NCBI GenBank assembly: GCA_031416315.1
Contig: JANOTL010000132.1
Span: forward strand, 1 to 64,000
DNA: 64,000 nt
Origin: Pseudomonadota bacterium
Lineage (GTDB): Bacteria; Bdellovibrionota_B; Oligoflexia; Oligoflexales; CAIYRB01
Reading direction: 5' to 3'
Shown here: positions 36,904-45,571 of the stretch, piece by piece
How positions within the stretch are numbered: the first letter of the stretch is position 1
How the letters are laid out: the number at the start of each line of letters is the position of its first letter
Program-made: the position numbers and the translations under genes
The notes under the pieces: model-generated
Database searches by the model: none
Told to the model about the DNA's origin: nothing
The model's input: the letters and a program-made list of their open reading frames with translations, nothing else

Positions 36904-37782
36904 ATGTCACGTCTCGACGAAGAGCTGGTCGAGCCGAGCTCGACCCAGGTCACCTACGGGCGCTACCTGAAAATCGATCAGCTGGTCGCGCTCCAGCAGC
37001 CTCTCACCGTGCCCTTGGCGCACGACGAGACGCTCTTCATCATCATCCATCAGGTGTACGAGCTCTGGTTCAAGCAGATCCTGCACGAGCTGGCGCTGGC
37101 CGAGACGGCGATGCAAGGCGGGCAGCTCGGCGCGTTCAACCGCATCGTGAAGCGAATCACGACGATCCAGTCGGTGCTCACGCATCAGGTCGACGTCCTC
37201 GAGACGATGACGCCGGTCGACTTCAACCGGTTCCGCGAGAAGCTCAACCCGGCGAGCGGCTTCCAGAGTCAGCAGTTCCGCGAGCTCGAGTACCGGCTCG
37301 GCGGCAAGGAGCAGAGCTACCTCAAGTTCTATCGGACGGAGACCGAGGCGCGCGCGCGGCTCGAGCGGGCGATCGAGGCCCCCACCGTCTACGACCACTT
37401 CCTGCGGCTTCTGGCGAAACGGGGCTTCCCGGTGCCGAAGGACGTGCTCGAGCGCGACGTGCGCCAGCCCTACGCCGCCTCGGACGGCGTGACCCAGGCG
37501 ATTCTCCAGGTTTATCAGGCCGTAGAGAAGCACTATGATCTATACTCGACCCTCGAATCCCTGATCGATCTGGACGAAGGCATCCTGCTCTGGCGCATGC
37601 GACACGTCGCCATGGTCGAGCGGATGATCGGCACCCGCAAAGGCACCGGCGGCTCCAGCGGCGTGAAGTACCTGACGGCGACCTTGTCGCGCCGGTTCTT
37701 CCCCGAGATCTGGGACGTGCGGAATCACCTCGGAGTCAGCAACTATGGCGAATCCCCCTCCCCTCAGCCGGGCCCAAAGTAA
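36904..37782 (+). CDS. kynA: tryptophan 2,3-dioxygenase
   Basis: HDETLFIIIHQVYELWFKQ, ASGFQS.QFR and ERMIG...GTGGSSG motifs. AGGAGG SD. Confidence 0.95.
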   Translation: MSRLDEELVEPSSTQVTYGRYLKIDQLVALQQPLTVPLAHDETLFIIIHQVYELWFKQILHELALAETAMQGGQLGAFNRIVKRITTIQSVLTHQVDVLETMTPVDFNRFREKLNPASGFQSQQFRELEYRLGGKEQSYLKFYRTETEARARLERAIEAPTVYDHFLRLLAKRGFPVPKDVLERDVRQPYAASDGVTQAILQVYQAVEKHYDLYSTLESLIDLDEGILLWRMRHVAMVERMIGTRKGTGGSSGVKYLTATLSRRFFPEIWDVRNHLGVSNYGESPSPQPGPK

Positions 37783-38971
37783 GATCAACAAGGTCACGGC
37801 CGAGCTCGAGCAGTACCCGATGGAGGAGCTCACGCGGATCCGCAAGGAGCTGGTGAAGAAGGGTAAGCCCGTCTACGACTTCGGCACCGGCGACCCGCGC
37901 ATCCCGACGTGGGAGCCGATTCGCCAGGCGCTCCTCGCGGGGATCCCGGAGATCAGCCAGTATCCGAGCGTCAAAGGCACCGACGAGCTCCGGACCGCGC
38001 AGCAGGGCTATCTCGAGCGCCGCTTCGGCTTGGACGCCTCGAAGTACGAGATCATCCCGACGGCCGGCAGCAAGGAGGCGATCTTCCACGTCGCGCTCTG
38101 TCTCGTGGGCCGCGCCAACGGGAAAAAGCACATCATCTATCCGGATCCGGGCTATCCGGTGTACCGGAGCTCGACCAAGTTCGCGGGCGGGATTCCGTTC
38201 CCCGTGACCTTGTCTTCGAATAACGGCTTCTTGCTGGAGCCGTGGGAGCTGCCGCCTTACATCCAGCGCGACGCGGCGGCGATTTGGCTCAATTATCCGC
38301 ACAATCCGACGGGCGCCACGGCGAATCGCGAGTATTGGGAGCGTTGCGTCGAGTGGGCGCACAAGACCGACACGATTCTCCTGTCCGACGATTGCTACAT
38401 CGACATCTACGACTCCGCCTTGGATTCCAAGCCGGTCGAGGATCCGAACGACGACGAGCGGCCGATCTGCCCGCTGCAGATCAGCAGCGACCGCGTGCTG
38501 ACGTTCATGAGCCTTTCGAAGCGCTCCGGGATGACGGGCTATCGCTCGGGCCTGATCGCGGGCGATCCGGAGATCGTCCAGGCCCTGTTGAAGGCGCGCG
38601 CGAACTTCGGCGTCGGCTCGCCCGGCTTCGTCGACGCCGCGGCGGTGGTCGCCTGGAACGACGACGAGCACGTGCGCGAGCGCCGGAAGATCTTCACGCA
38701 GCGGATCGCGACGGTGGCGCCGGTGTTCCAGAAGCTCGGGCTCTTGGACGAGATCCCGAAGGCGACGTTCTACCTGTGGACGAAAGTGCCGGGAGCGTTC
38801 GGCAACGGCGACGTGCGCTACGCCCTGACGCTGGCGGAGCACGGGATCATCGCGAGCCCGTCGTCGTGGCTTTCGGAGGGAGTGAAGGGCTTTTGCCGCT
38901 TCGCGCTGGTGCCGGGCGACGTAGAGACGGCCGAGGCGATGACGATCATCAGCGATTTCGTGAACGACTGA
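37745..38971 (+). CDS. PLP aminotransferase class I/II (DapC-like)
   Basis: GSKEAIF, NYPHNPTG, SDDCY and SLSKRSGMTGYRSG motifs. Confidence 0.88.
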   Translation: MANPPPLSRAQSKINKVTAELEQYPMEELTRIRKELVKKGKPVYDFGTGDPRIPTWEPIRQALLAGIPEISQYPSVKGTDELRTAQQGYLERRFGLDASKYEIIPTAGSKEAIFHVALCLVGRANGKKHIIYPDPGYPVYRSSTKFAGGIPFPVTLSSNNGFLLEPWELPPYIQRDAAAIWLNYPHNPTGATANREYWERCVEWAHKTDTILLSDDCYIDIYDSALDSKPVEDPNDDERPICPLQISSDRVLTFMSLSKRSGMTGYRSGLIAGDPEIVQALLKARANFGVGSPGFVDAAAVVAWNDDEHVRERRKIFTQRIATVAPVFQKLGLLDEIPKATFYLWTKVPGAFGNGDVRYALTLAEHGIIASPSSWLSEGVKGFCRFALVPGDVETAEAMTIISDFVND

Positions 38972-38974
38972 GCC

Positions 38975-39295
38975 ATGCCGAAGGTGACTTTCCTCCCGGT
39001 CGGGAAGAGCTTCGACTGCGAGCCAAATACGAAGCTTTTGGTCGCGGCGAACCGCAACAAGGTGCCGATCCGATTCGGCTGCGCGTCCTGCCGCTGCGGC
39101 ACCTGCGGCGTGAAGGTCGCGGGGGCGGGCGAGCTGTCTCCGATGAAGCCGGACGAGAAGGCCTTGCTCACGCGGATGAATCTGGCGCTCGACGGGACGA
39201 TCCGGCTCGCGTGCCAGACGCGGATCGTGGACGGCGAGGTTGCCGTCGATCTGGCGTTTCAGGACACATATTCGCCGGATGACGGAGACGAGTGA
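38975..39295 (+). CDS. [2Fe-2S] ferredoxin
   Basis: GCASCRCGTC...RLACQ. Confidence 0.9.
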   Translation: MPKVTFLPVGKSFDCEPNTKLLVAANRNKVPIRFGCASCRCGTCGVKVAGAGELSPMKPDEKALLTRMNLALDGTIRLACQTRIVDGEVAVDLAFQDTYSPDDGDE

Positions 39296-39474
39296 TCGTC
39301 ACCGACATCGTCAACTCCGGAACGTACGCGGTCCGCAACGGCACCGTGCGCGTGCACTTGACCCACCCCGGCGACATGCCGACCGACTTCGAGCTCTACC
39401 TAGACGTCGACGGCTCCAGCCTGATCAGCTTCTTCGGCGGCGCCCGCAGAGAATGGCTGCTCAAGGCTCCGTAA
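39292..39474 (+). CDS. small hypothetical protein
   Basis: GTG overlaps the ferredoxin TGA. Coding-like codons. Confidence 0.5.
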   Translation: MIVTDIVNSGTYAVRNGTVRVHLTHPGDMPTDFELYLDVDGSSLISFFGGARREWLLKAP

Positions 39475-40279
39475 ATAAAAACTCTGCAAGCTCCAGGAAC
39501 TCGCGCGGCGCAAGCGCATCCGCCCGCCGCTCGAGGTCGATCGGACACCCGGCTTCGCCTCCGCGCGCATCGATCAAAGACCGCACGCTGTTGCGAAGTT
39601 TCTTGCGCCTTTGGGTGAACGCCATGCGCGTCACCTGCTCCGCTTGCTGCAGGATCTTCTCCGGCAGCTTCTCGCGCTTCGGCACCAGCGAGAGCACGGC
39701 GCTGTCGACTTTGGGCACCGGGTTGAACGCGGTGCGAGGCACCGTGAACTCGAGATGGCAGTCGGCCCTTAGCTGCAGGAAGACCGAGAGGCTGCCGAAG
39801 TCCTTCGAGTTCGGCGAGGCGCAGGCGCGCACGGCGAACTCGAGTTGGGTCATAAAGATCATCATCGCCAGCTTCCCGATCGACGGGATGCCGCGCAGCA
39901 GAATGGGCGTCGAGATGTTGTAAGGAATATTGCCGACGATGGCGCAACGTCCCTTGCCTTGGTCGATCCAAGCGTCCCAGTCGAAGCGCAGGATGTCGTC
40001 GGAGACGATCACGAGGTTTTGCCGACGCTCCGGCGTCAGCACTTCGGCGTTCTCCGCTAGGCGTTGCGCGAAGCGCTCGTCTTTTTCAACCGCGGTGACG
40101 TGCAGGCCTGCGAGGATGAGGCCCTTGGTCAGGATGCCCGGCCCCGGGCCGATCTCGAGCACGCGCTCGACGCGAGCCTCCTGCAAGCGCTCGATCATGC
40201 GCGCACACGGCCAGTCGCTCGTCAGGAACACCTGACCAAGCGACTTCTTTTGATACAGCGGATCCTGGTTCCGTCTCAT
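39461..40279 (-). CDS. rsmA: 16S rRNA dimethyladenosine transferase
   Basis: KKSLGQ.FL, EIGPGPG, NIPYNIS and F.P.PKVDS motifs. Confidence 0.95.
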   Translation of the reverse strand: MRRNQDPLYQKKSLGQVFLTSDWPCARMIERLQEARVERVLEIGPGPGILTKGLILAGLHVTAVEKDERFAQRLAENAEVLTPERRQNLVIVSDDILRFDWDAWIDQGKGRCAIVGNIPYNISTPILLRGIPSIGKLAMMIFMTQLEFAVRACASPNSKDFGSLSVFLQLRADCHLEFTVPRTAFNPVPKVDSAVLSLVPKREKLPEKILQQAEQVTRMAFTQRRKKLRNSVRSLIDARGGEAGCPIDLERRADALAPREFLELAEFLFTEP

Positions 40280-41304
40280 CGCGTCACCGCCGCGTAGTCG
40301 TATCGGGAGTATGCGTCCCAGCGGTGGGAGAGATAGGTCTCGCCTCGCGCCGTACCTTCGGCATGCACATGATAGCCGAACGCGGCGATCATAGCCGCGT
40401 TGTCGGAACAGAGCGAGAGTGGCGGAAAATACGCTGGAACGGCGATTCGCTCCGCAAGCAGGGCCTTGAACCGGGAATTTGCGGCGACGCCGCCGGCGAC
40501 CACGATCGACTTCGCCTGAGGCGCGCGCAGGAGGGCTTCAGAAAGCTTGCGCACGATTTGGCCCAGCGCTTCGTCTTGAAAGGCGGCGCAAAGATTGGCG
40601 ACGCGCTCCTCGGGGATCGGCTTCGGCTCCGAGCGAATGGTGTTCGCCATGAAGGTCTTGAGGCCGGAATAGCTGAATTCGATACGGGACTTCTGGCTCA
40701 CCATGCGTGGCATCGGGATGGCCGACGGGTTGCCGGAGCGTGCGAGGCGCTCGACGTGAGGACCGCCGGGGTAGGGAAGGCCGAGAAGCTTAGCGACCTT
40801 GTCGAAGCACTCGCCGCAGGCGTCGTCGATGGAGCTGCCCATCAACTCGAACGAGGTCGGCCCGCTCATCAGGTAAAGATTCGTGTGGCCGCCGGAGACG
40901 ACGAGCGCAAGCGTCGGATAAAGGGAGTTCTCGGGGACGCCGAGCAAGCCTCCGTGAATGTGAGCATGGACGTGGTCGACGGGAATGAGAGGCTTACCCA
41001 ACGCAAGTGCCAGGCCCTTCGCGTAGGCTACACCGACGAGCAGCGCCCCAATTAGGCCAGGGCCTTGAGTCACGGCTATCGCATCGATCTCTTGCGGAGT
41101 GACTTTCGCTTCGGCGAGGGACAGGCGGCATAGAGGGTCGAGGCAGTCGAGGTGGGCGCGCGAGGCGATCTCGGGGACGACGCCCCCGAACGGCGCATGG
41201 ATCGCGATCTGCGAGGCGATCCGGGACGACAAGACTTCGCGACCGTCGCGAACGACCGCGACGGCCGTCTCGTCGCAGCTCGATTCGATACCTAGAACTA
41301 ACAT
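40276..41304 (-). CDS. tsaD: tRNA t6A biosynthesis protein
   Basis: GIESSCDET, GGVVPEIASR.H, HVHAH, VSGGHT and SDNAAMI motifs. Confidence 0.96.
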   Translation of the reverse strand: MLVLGIESSCDETAVAVVRDGREVLSSRIASQIAIHAPFGGVVPEIASRAHLDCLDPLCRLSLAEAKVTPQEIDAIAVTQGPGLIGALLVGVAYAKGLALALGKPLIPVDHVHAHIHGGLLGVPENSLYPTLALVVSGGHTNLYLMSGPTSFELMGSSIDDACGECFDKVAKLLGLPYPGGPHVERLARSGNPSAIPMPRMVSQKSRIEFSYSGLKTFMANTIRSEPKPIPEERVANLCAAFQDEALGQIVRKLSEALLRAPQAKSIVVAGGVAANSRFKALLAERIAVPAYFPPLSLCSDNAAMIAAFGYHVHAEGTARGETYLSHRWDAYSRYDYAAVTR

Positions 41305-41313
41305 GGAGCGGGA

Positions 41314-42180
41314 TCAGCCTTTGTCTTTGGCGCCACTCTTGAGCTCCGCCAGCTTTTCCTTCGCCTTGCCCGCTTCGTCGCTCTTCGGGAAATCTTTGAT
41401 GAGCTCCTCGTAGTAGAGACTGGCGGTCGCGAGGTCGCCGAGATTCTTGAAGCAGTCGCCGATGCGCATCTTCGACACTGGGAGATACTTCGCCGCGGGC
41501 TTGCCTTCAAGCAACTCGTTGTAGCGAAGTGCGGCGTCGCGCATCTTACCCAGCTTGAAGAGGCTCTCCGCCAGGAGAAAGCGAGCTTGCTCTTTCTCGG
41601 CGCCCTTCGCGTCCTTGATGAGCTTCATCGCGTCTTCGCTGACTTGCTTGTACTTCTTGTCGTCATATGCGGTCTGGAGCTCGTCAACGCCACCGGACGG
41701 CTTTTTCTTCGCCGTGTCGGCCGCAGGCTTGGCGGCGTTACCCCCCTTTTTTCCGAGACCCGCCTTCTTCAGCGCGTCGAGAAGGTCCTCTTGGTTCGCC
41801 TCGACGGCCTCGAGGCGCGTGTTGACCGCGTTCAAGGTGGCGGCCACCGAGCCTTCTTTCTCCGGATCCGTGCCGGGGAGCTGGCCGGTGACGACCCCGA
41901 CCCGCAGGGCGTCGATGTCGCCGCGGAGCTTCTGGATGTCCGAGCTCAGCCTTTCCATGTCGGCCTTGGTCGCGGCGATCCGCTTATTGGCGGACTCTCC
42001 CGTATTCTTCGTCTCGTTCTTCGTCTCGGTGACGTTTTGCTCGATGCTCAGCAGCCGTGTTTGCATATTGAAGATGTCACCCTGCATGGCCTTCTTTTCG
42101 CTGGGCATGATGCAGCCCGAAAAGAAGGACGCGAGCGCCATGGCGAGTCCCAAGGTCGCGACACGAGTCATCGATGCCAT
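41314..42180 (-). CDS. TPR lipoprotein, CpoB/YbgF-like
   Basis: Lipobox FSG-C, coiled coil, C-terminal TPRs ending FPKS..A..A..KL. Confidence 0.75.
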   Translation of the reverse strand: MASMTRVATLGLAMALASFFSGCIMPSEKKAMQGDIFNMQTRLLSIEQNVTETKNETKNTGESANKRIAATKADMERLSSDIQKLRGDIDALRVGVVTGQLPGTDPEKEGSVAATLNAVNTRLEAVEANQEDLLDALKKAGLGKKGGNAAKPAADTAKKKPSGGVDELQTAYDDKKYKQVSEDAMKLIKDAKGAEKEQARFLLAESLFKLGKMRDAALRYNELLEGKPAAKYLPVSKMRIGDCFKNLGDLATASLYYEELIKDFPKSDEAGKAKEKLAELKSGAKDKG

Positions 42181-42242
42181 CTCCTACGTGGCCTGAAAGG
42201 GCCGAGAGTAAGAGTGGATTAAAACACAGGAATCGGCAGAAG

Positions 42243-42599
42243 TCAGCGCTTCGCTGCGGGGGCTGACGAAGCCTTCGCGGCTGCCTCGCCTCGACGGCGC
42301 TGCTCAATCAGCCTTTGGCGGCGGCGCATGCCGACCACCTGGCGTACGACCGCGTTCGCCTCGTCTCGCCAGCAAATGTAGAACGGCTTAGGGAAGCGCT
42401 CGCTGACGTAGGCAAGCATGAGGCGCTCTTTGTACGCGAGCCAGTCGTTCGTCCGGACGATCATGCCGCCGAGGTCCTGGAGTACCTGGATCGAGGCTTT
42501 ATCTCCAGGTTTACCTGAGGTATGGTCGGCCGCTCGGCCAACGCCCTCGCCCTCTGGAACCTTTCCAGCCGGCGGGTTATCTTGAATCGGATCGGCCAA
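42243..42599 (-). CDS. hypothetical protein
   Basis: 118-aa ORF with TTG start and AGGA SD, co-oriented with the downstream operon. Confidence 0.5.
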   Translation of the reverse strand: MADPIQDNPPAGKVPEGEGVGRAADHTSGKPGDKASIQVLQDLGGMIVRTNDWLAYKERLMLAYVSERFPKPFYICWRDEANAVVRQVVGMRRRQRLIEQRRRGEAAAKASSAPAAKR

Positions 42600-42709
42600 G
42601 TGCTCGTTTCCTAATGAGGTTTGACCTCCTCGCTATCGGAGGACCTCGGAAGCGGCTGTAGCCTTGAAGCCGGCGTTTTCTAAAAACTTGAATGGTTTGG
42701 AACAATTAG

Positions 42710-44656
42710 ATGCAGAGAATGAGTGAGCCGGAAGAGACTCCGGGTACCGGTGGCAAGAATCCTGAAGCTCCCGAAGCGCTAGAGGCCGAGTCCGAGGGGG
42801 ACGTCGAGGTTCTCGTGGATGAGCCGGATGTCGACGAAGACGAGGACAGTGACGAGCCGCGAGTCCCACGCGAGATCGCGCTGCAAGGGATCGCTCCCGA
42901 GAAGATCGCGCGCGTCATCGACACGTTCGACGACCTACCGATGCACGAGCGACTGAAAGAGTCGGTCGCGAAAATTGGCTGGGAGAAGCCGACGGCCGTG
43001 CAGAAGCTCTGCCTGCCGTATAGCTTGCGCGGTCGCGACGTCGCCGGTTTCGCGCAGACCGGCACGGGCAAGACGGGCGTCTTCCTTCTGACGATCGCCA
43101 ACAAGCTTCTCGAGCAGACGCCGGCCGGCGTCGACCTGAAGTCGCCGCGCGCTGTCGTGCTCGCGCCGACCCGCGAGCTCGCGATGCAGATCAACCAGGA
43201 CGCCGAGTCGATCCTCGCGCACGTGGGGCTCAAGTCCCTCGCCGTGTTCGGCGGCATCGGCTACGACGAGCAGGCCGCGAAGATCCGCGAGGGCGTCGAC
43301 GTCATCATCGCGACCCCCGGCCGTTTGATCGACTACGCCAAAAAGAACGTGGTCAATCTCAAGAACGTCAGCGTCTTCGTCTGCGACGAAGCCGACCGCA
43401 TGTTCGACATGGGTTTCATCGAGGACGTCGAGTTCTTCTTGAAGCGCATCCCGGAGACGGCGCAAAAGCTGCTCTTTTCCGCGACGACCAACGAAGAAGT
43501 GAAAGAGCTGGCGTTCGAGTACCTCGAGACGCCGGAATACATCTCGGTCACCCCGGAGACGATCACTCCGGAAAAGATCGAGATGCACGCAATCCACTGC
43601 CACGCGACCAACAAGCTGCGCGTCATGCTGGGCCTCTGGCAGGACCACAAACCGGCCTGCGCCCTGGTGTTCACCAATACGAAGCTCACGGCGGAGTGGC
43701 TGCACTTCAAGCTGGCGGGCAACGGCATCGAAGTCGACCTGATCACGGGCGACCTGCCGCAGAAGAAGCGCATCAAGCTCATCGAGACGATCAAAGAGGG
43801 CACGCTCAAAGCCCTGATCGCGACCGACGTCGCCAGCCGCGGCCTGCACATCGCCGGCGTCACGCACGTCTACAACTTCGATCTCCCGGACGACGCCTCG
43901 AACTTCGTCCACCGGGTCGGCCGGACCGCACGCGCCGGCGCCCGCGGCCTCGCCTATAACTTGGTTTGCGACGACTACGGACACAACCTCGCGGCGATCA
44001 ACGACCTCCTCGGCGAAAAAGTCGCGATGAAGTCCGAATGGTTCGACGAGAAGTACTTGGACATCGTCGACAAGGCGGGCAATCCGTTCGCGGATCGCTA
44101 CAAGAAGAAATTCGACGAGGAATATCGCGAAGGTCCTCGCGGCGGCGACCGCGGCGGCAGCGATCGGGGCCGCTTCGACGGCCCGCGTGGCGCCAGCGCC
44201 AGCGATCGCCCGCGTCACGACGGACCGCGCCCGGACGGACCGCGCCCGGACGGACCTCGCCCTGACGGACCGCGCGGCGATCGGCCGGATCGCGACCGCG
44301 GCCCGCGCTCGGGAGCGCGCAACGATCGGCCGGATCGCGACCGTCAGGACCGCGACCAGCCGCAGCGCATGAACGGTCCGCGTCCTCAAGGCGGTGCGCC
44401 GCAGCAACAAGCGCAAGGCGGCGACCTGGGACCGGACGGGAAGAAGAAGCGTCGCCGTCGTCGCGGACGCGGCAAGGGCGAAGGTGCCGAAGGCGCACCG
44501 CAAGGTGGTCAACGCGCGCAAGGCCAGCAAGGCGGGCCGCGCTCGAACGCCGGTCGCTCGGGGCATGGCCAGCAGATCGCGCGGAGCGAGTCGACGGGCT
44601 TCTTCGGCATGGTGAAGCGCTTGTTCCGGCTCTTGTTCGGTGGTGGGAAGAAGTAA
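42710..44656 (+). CDS. DEAD-box RNA helicase (RhlB-like) with long disordered C-tail
   Basis: AQTGTGKT, PTRELA, DEAD, SAT and HRVGRTAR motifs. Confidence 0.93.
   Translation: MQRMSEPEETPGTGGKNPEAPEALEAESEGDVEVLVDEPDVDEDEDSDEPRVPREIALQGIAPEKIARVIDTFDDLPMHERLKESVAKIGWEKPTAVQKLCLPYSLRGRDVAGFAQTGTGKTGVFLLTIANKLLEQTPAGVDLKSPRAVVLAPTRELAMQINQDAESILAHVGLKSLAVFGGIGYDEQAAKIREGVDVIIATPGRLIDYAKKNVVNLKNVSVFVCDEADRMFDMGFIEDVEFFLKRIPETAQKLLFSATTNEEVKELAFEYLETPEYISVTPETITPEKIEMHAIHCHATNKLRVMLGLWQDHKPACALVFTNTKLTAEWLHFKLAGNGIEVDLITGDLPQKKRIKLIETIKEGTLKALIATDVASRGLHIAGVTHVYNFDLPDDASNFVHRVGRTARAGARGLAYNLVCDDYGHNLAAINDLLGEKVAMKSEWFDEKYLDIVDKAGNPFADRYKKKFDEEYREGPRGGDRGGSDRGRFDGPRGASASDRPRHDGPRPDGPRPDGPRPDGPRGDRPDRDRGPRSGARNDRPDRDRQDRDQPQRMNGPRPQGGAPQQQAQGGDLGPDGKKKRRRRRGRGKGEGAEGAPQGGQRAQGQQGGPRSNAGRSGHGQQIARSESTGFFGMVKRLFRLLFGGGKK
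44219..44275 (+). repeat. 15-bp coding tandem repeat (DGPRP) x3.8
   Basis: GACGGACCGCGCCCG units read directly. Confidence 0.85.
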
Positions 44657-44669
44657 GGACTCGATCACT

Positions 44670-45500
44670 TTATTGAGTGATCACGAGTTCATCCGCGGCG
44701 AGCTCCACCAAACGTGGAGGCTCGCCGCGTTGCATGAAGGCAATCGCGACTTCGCCGTCTAGGCGCGCGCGGGCGCCCGAAACCGACCCCGCATGGATCG
44801 TCGCCATCACGCCGCCGTGGCCCGTTCGCTTGGCTGCATGGAATACGGCGAGCTCCTCCGCGCCGCGGATCTCACCGAGAACGATGCGATCCGGCCGCAA
44901 GCGCAGCGATTCCTCCAAAAGGCGCGTCAGCCCGAAGCCGCCACGGCCGGCAAGGCTCGGCGGCCGCACGACGAGGCGGATCCATCCGGGCGCGGCCGCG
45001 GGCAACTCGGGAAGCGACTCGAGAATCACGACGCGCTCGTCCGGCGCGCACTCGCGCAATAGCGCCGCGAGCAGCGAGGTCTTGCCGCTACCGGTCGTGC
45101 CGGCGACGACGAGGGGGCGTTGCCTCGAGACGAGGCGTCGCAGACTTTCGACGTGCTCCGCTGCCTCGGCGAACGAGGCCAGCGAAAGTGAGTCGAAACG
45201 ATGGCGGCGGATGCTGAGTAGAGGCCCGTCAGGAGAAAGCGGCGGCAGAACCGCGTGCCACCGATAGCTCGCGTTGTCGAGGGAGCCTCCCGTCGCCGGC
45301 GCCATGGGGTCCAGTCTCGAGCCTTGCGCCGTCGCGAACTCATGCAGCCACTCGACGAAGACGTCGACCGAGGCGAAGGGCGAGGCGCGATGCTCCGCCT
45401 GCGTTCCGCGCAAGACTGTCATGCCGCGTGCCGCATTGAGCAAGAGCTCGTCGACGCGTGGATCCTCGAAATACCGGCTGATTGAGACAGGCAGCGACAT
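44670..45500 (-). CDS. short CpaF/TadA/VirB11-family ATPase
   Basis: Walker A GTTGSGKT, LRLRPDRIVLGEIRG and His box TGH...TIHA. Confidence 0.85.
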   Translation of the reverse strand: MSLPVSISRYFEDPRVDELLLNAARGMTVLRGTQAEHRASPFASVDVFVEWLHEFATAQGSRLDPMAPATGGSLDNASYRWHAVLPPLSPDGPLLSIRRHRFDSLSLASFAEAAEHVESLRRLVSRQRPLVVAGTTGSGKTSLLAALLRECAPDERVVILESLPELPAAAPGWIRLVVRPPSLAGRGGFGLTRLLEESLRLRPDRIVLGEIRGAEELAVFHAAKRTGHGGVMATIHAGSVSGARARLDGEVAIAFMQRGEPPRLVELAADELVITQ

Positions 45501-45571
45501 CAGGCCCTCCACGCTCCAAATTGCCGCAGAGCGGCCGGGATTGCGAAGGACATGGGAGTCGCGTACGCAGG

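Noticed and set aside
38969..38977. In-frame TGA between the aminotransferase and the ferredoxin as Sec
   Set aside because: Both proteins are complete, and the TGA does not correspond to a catalytic Cys position.
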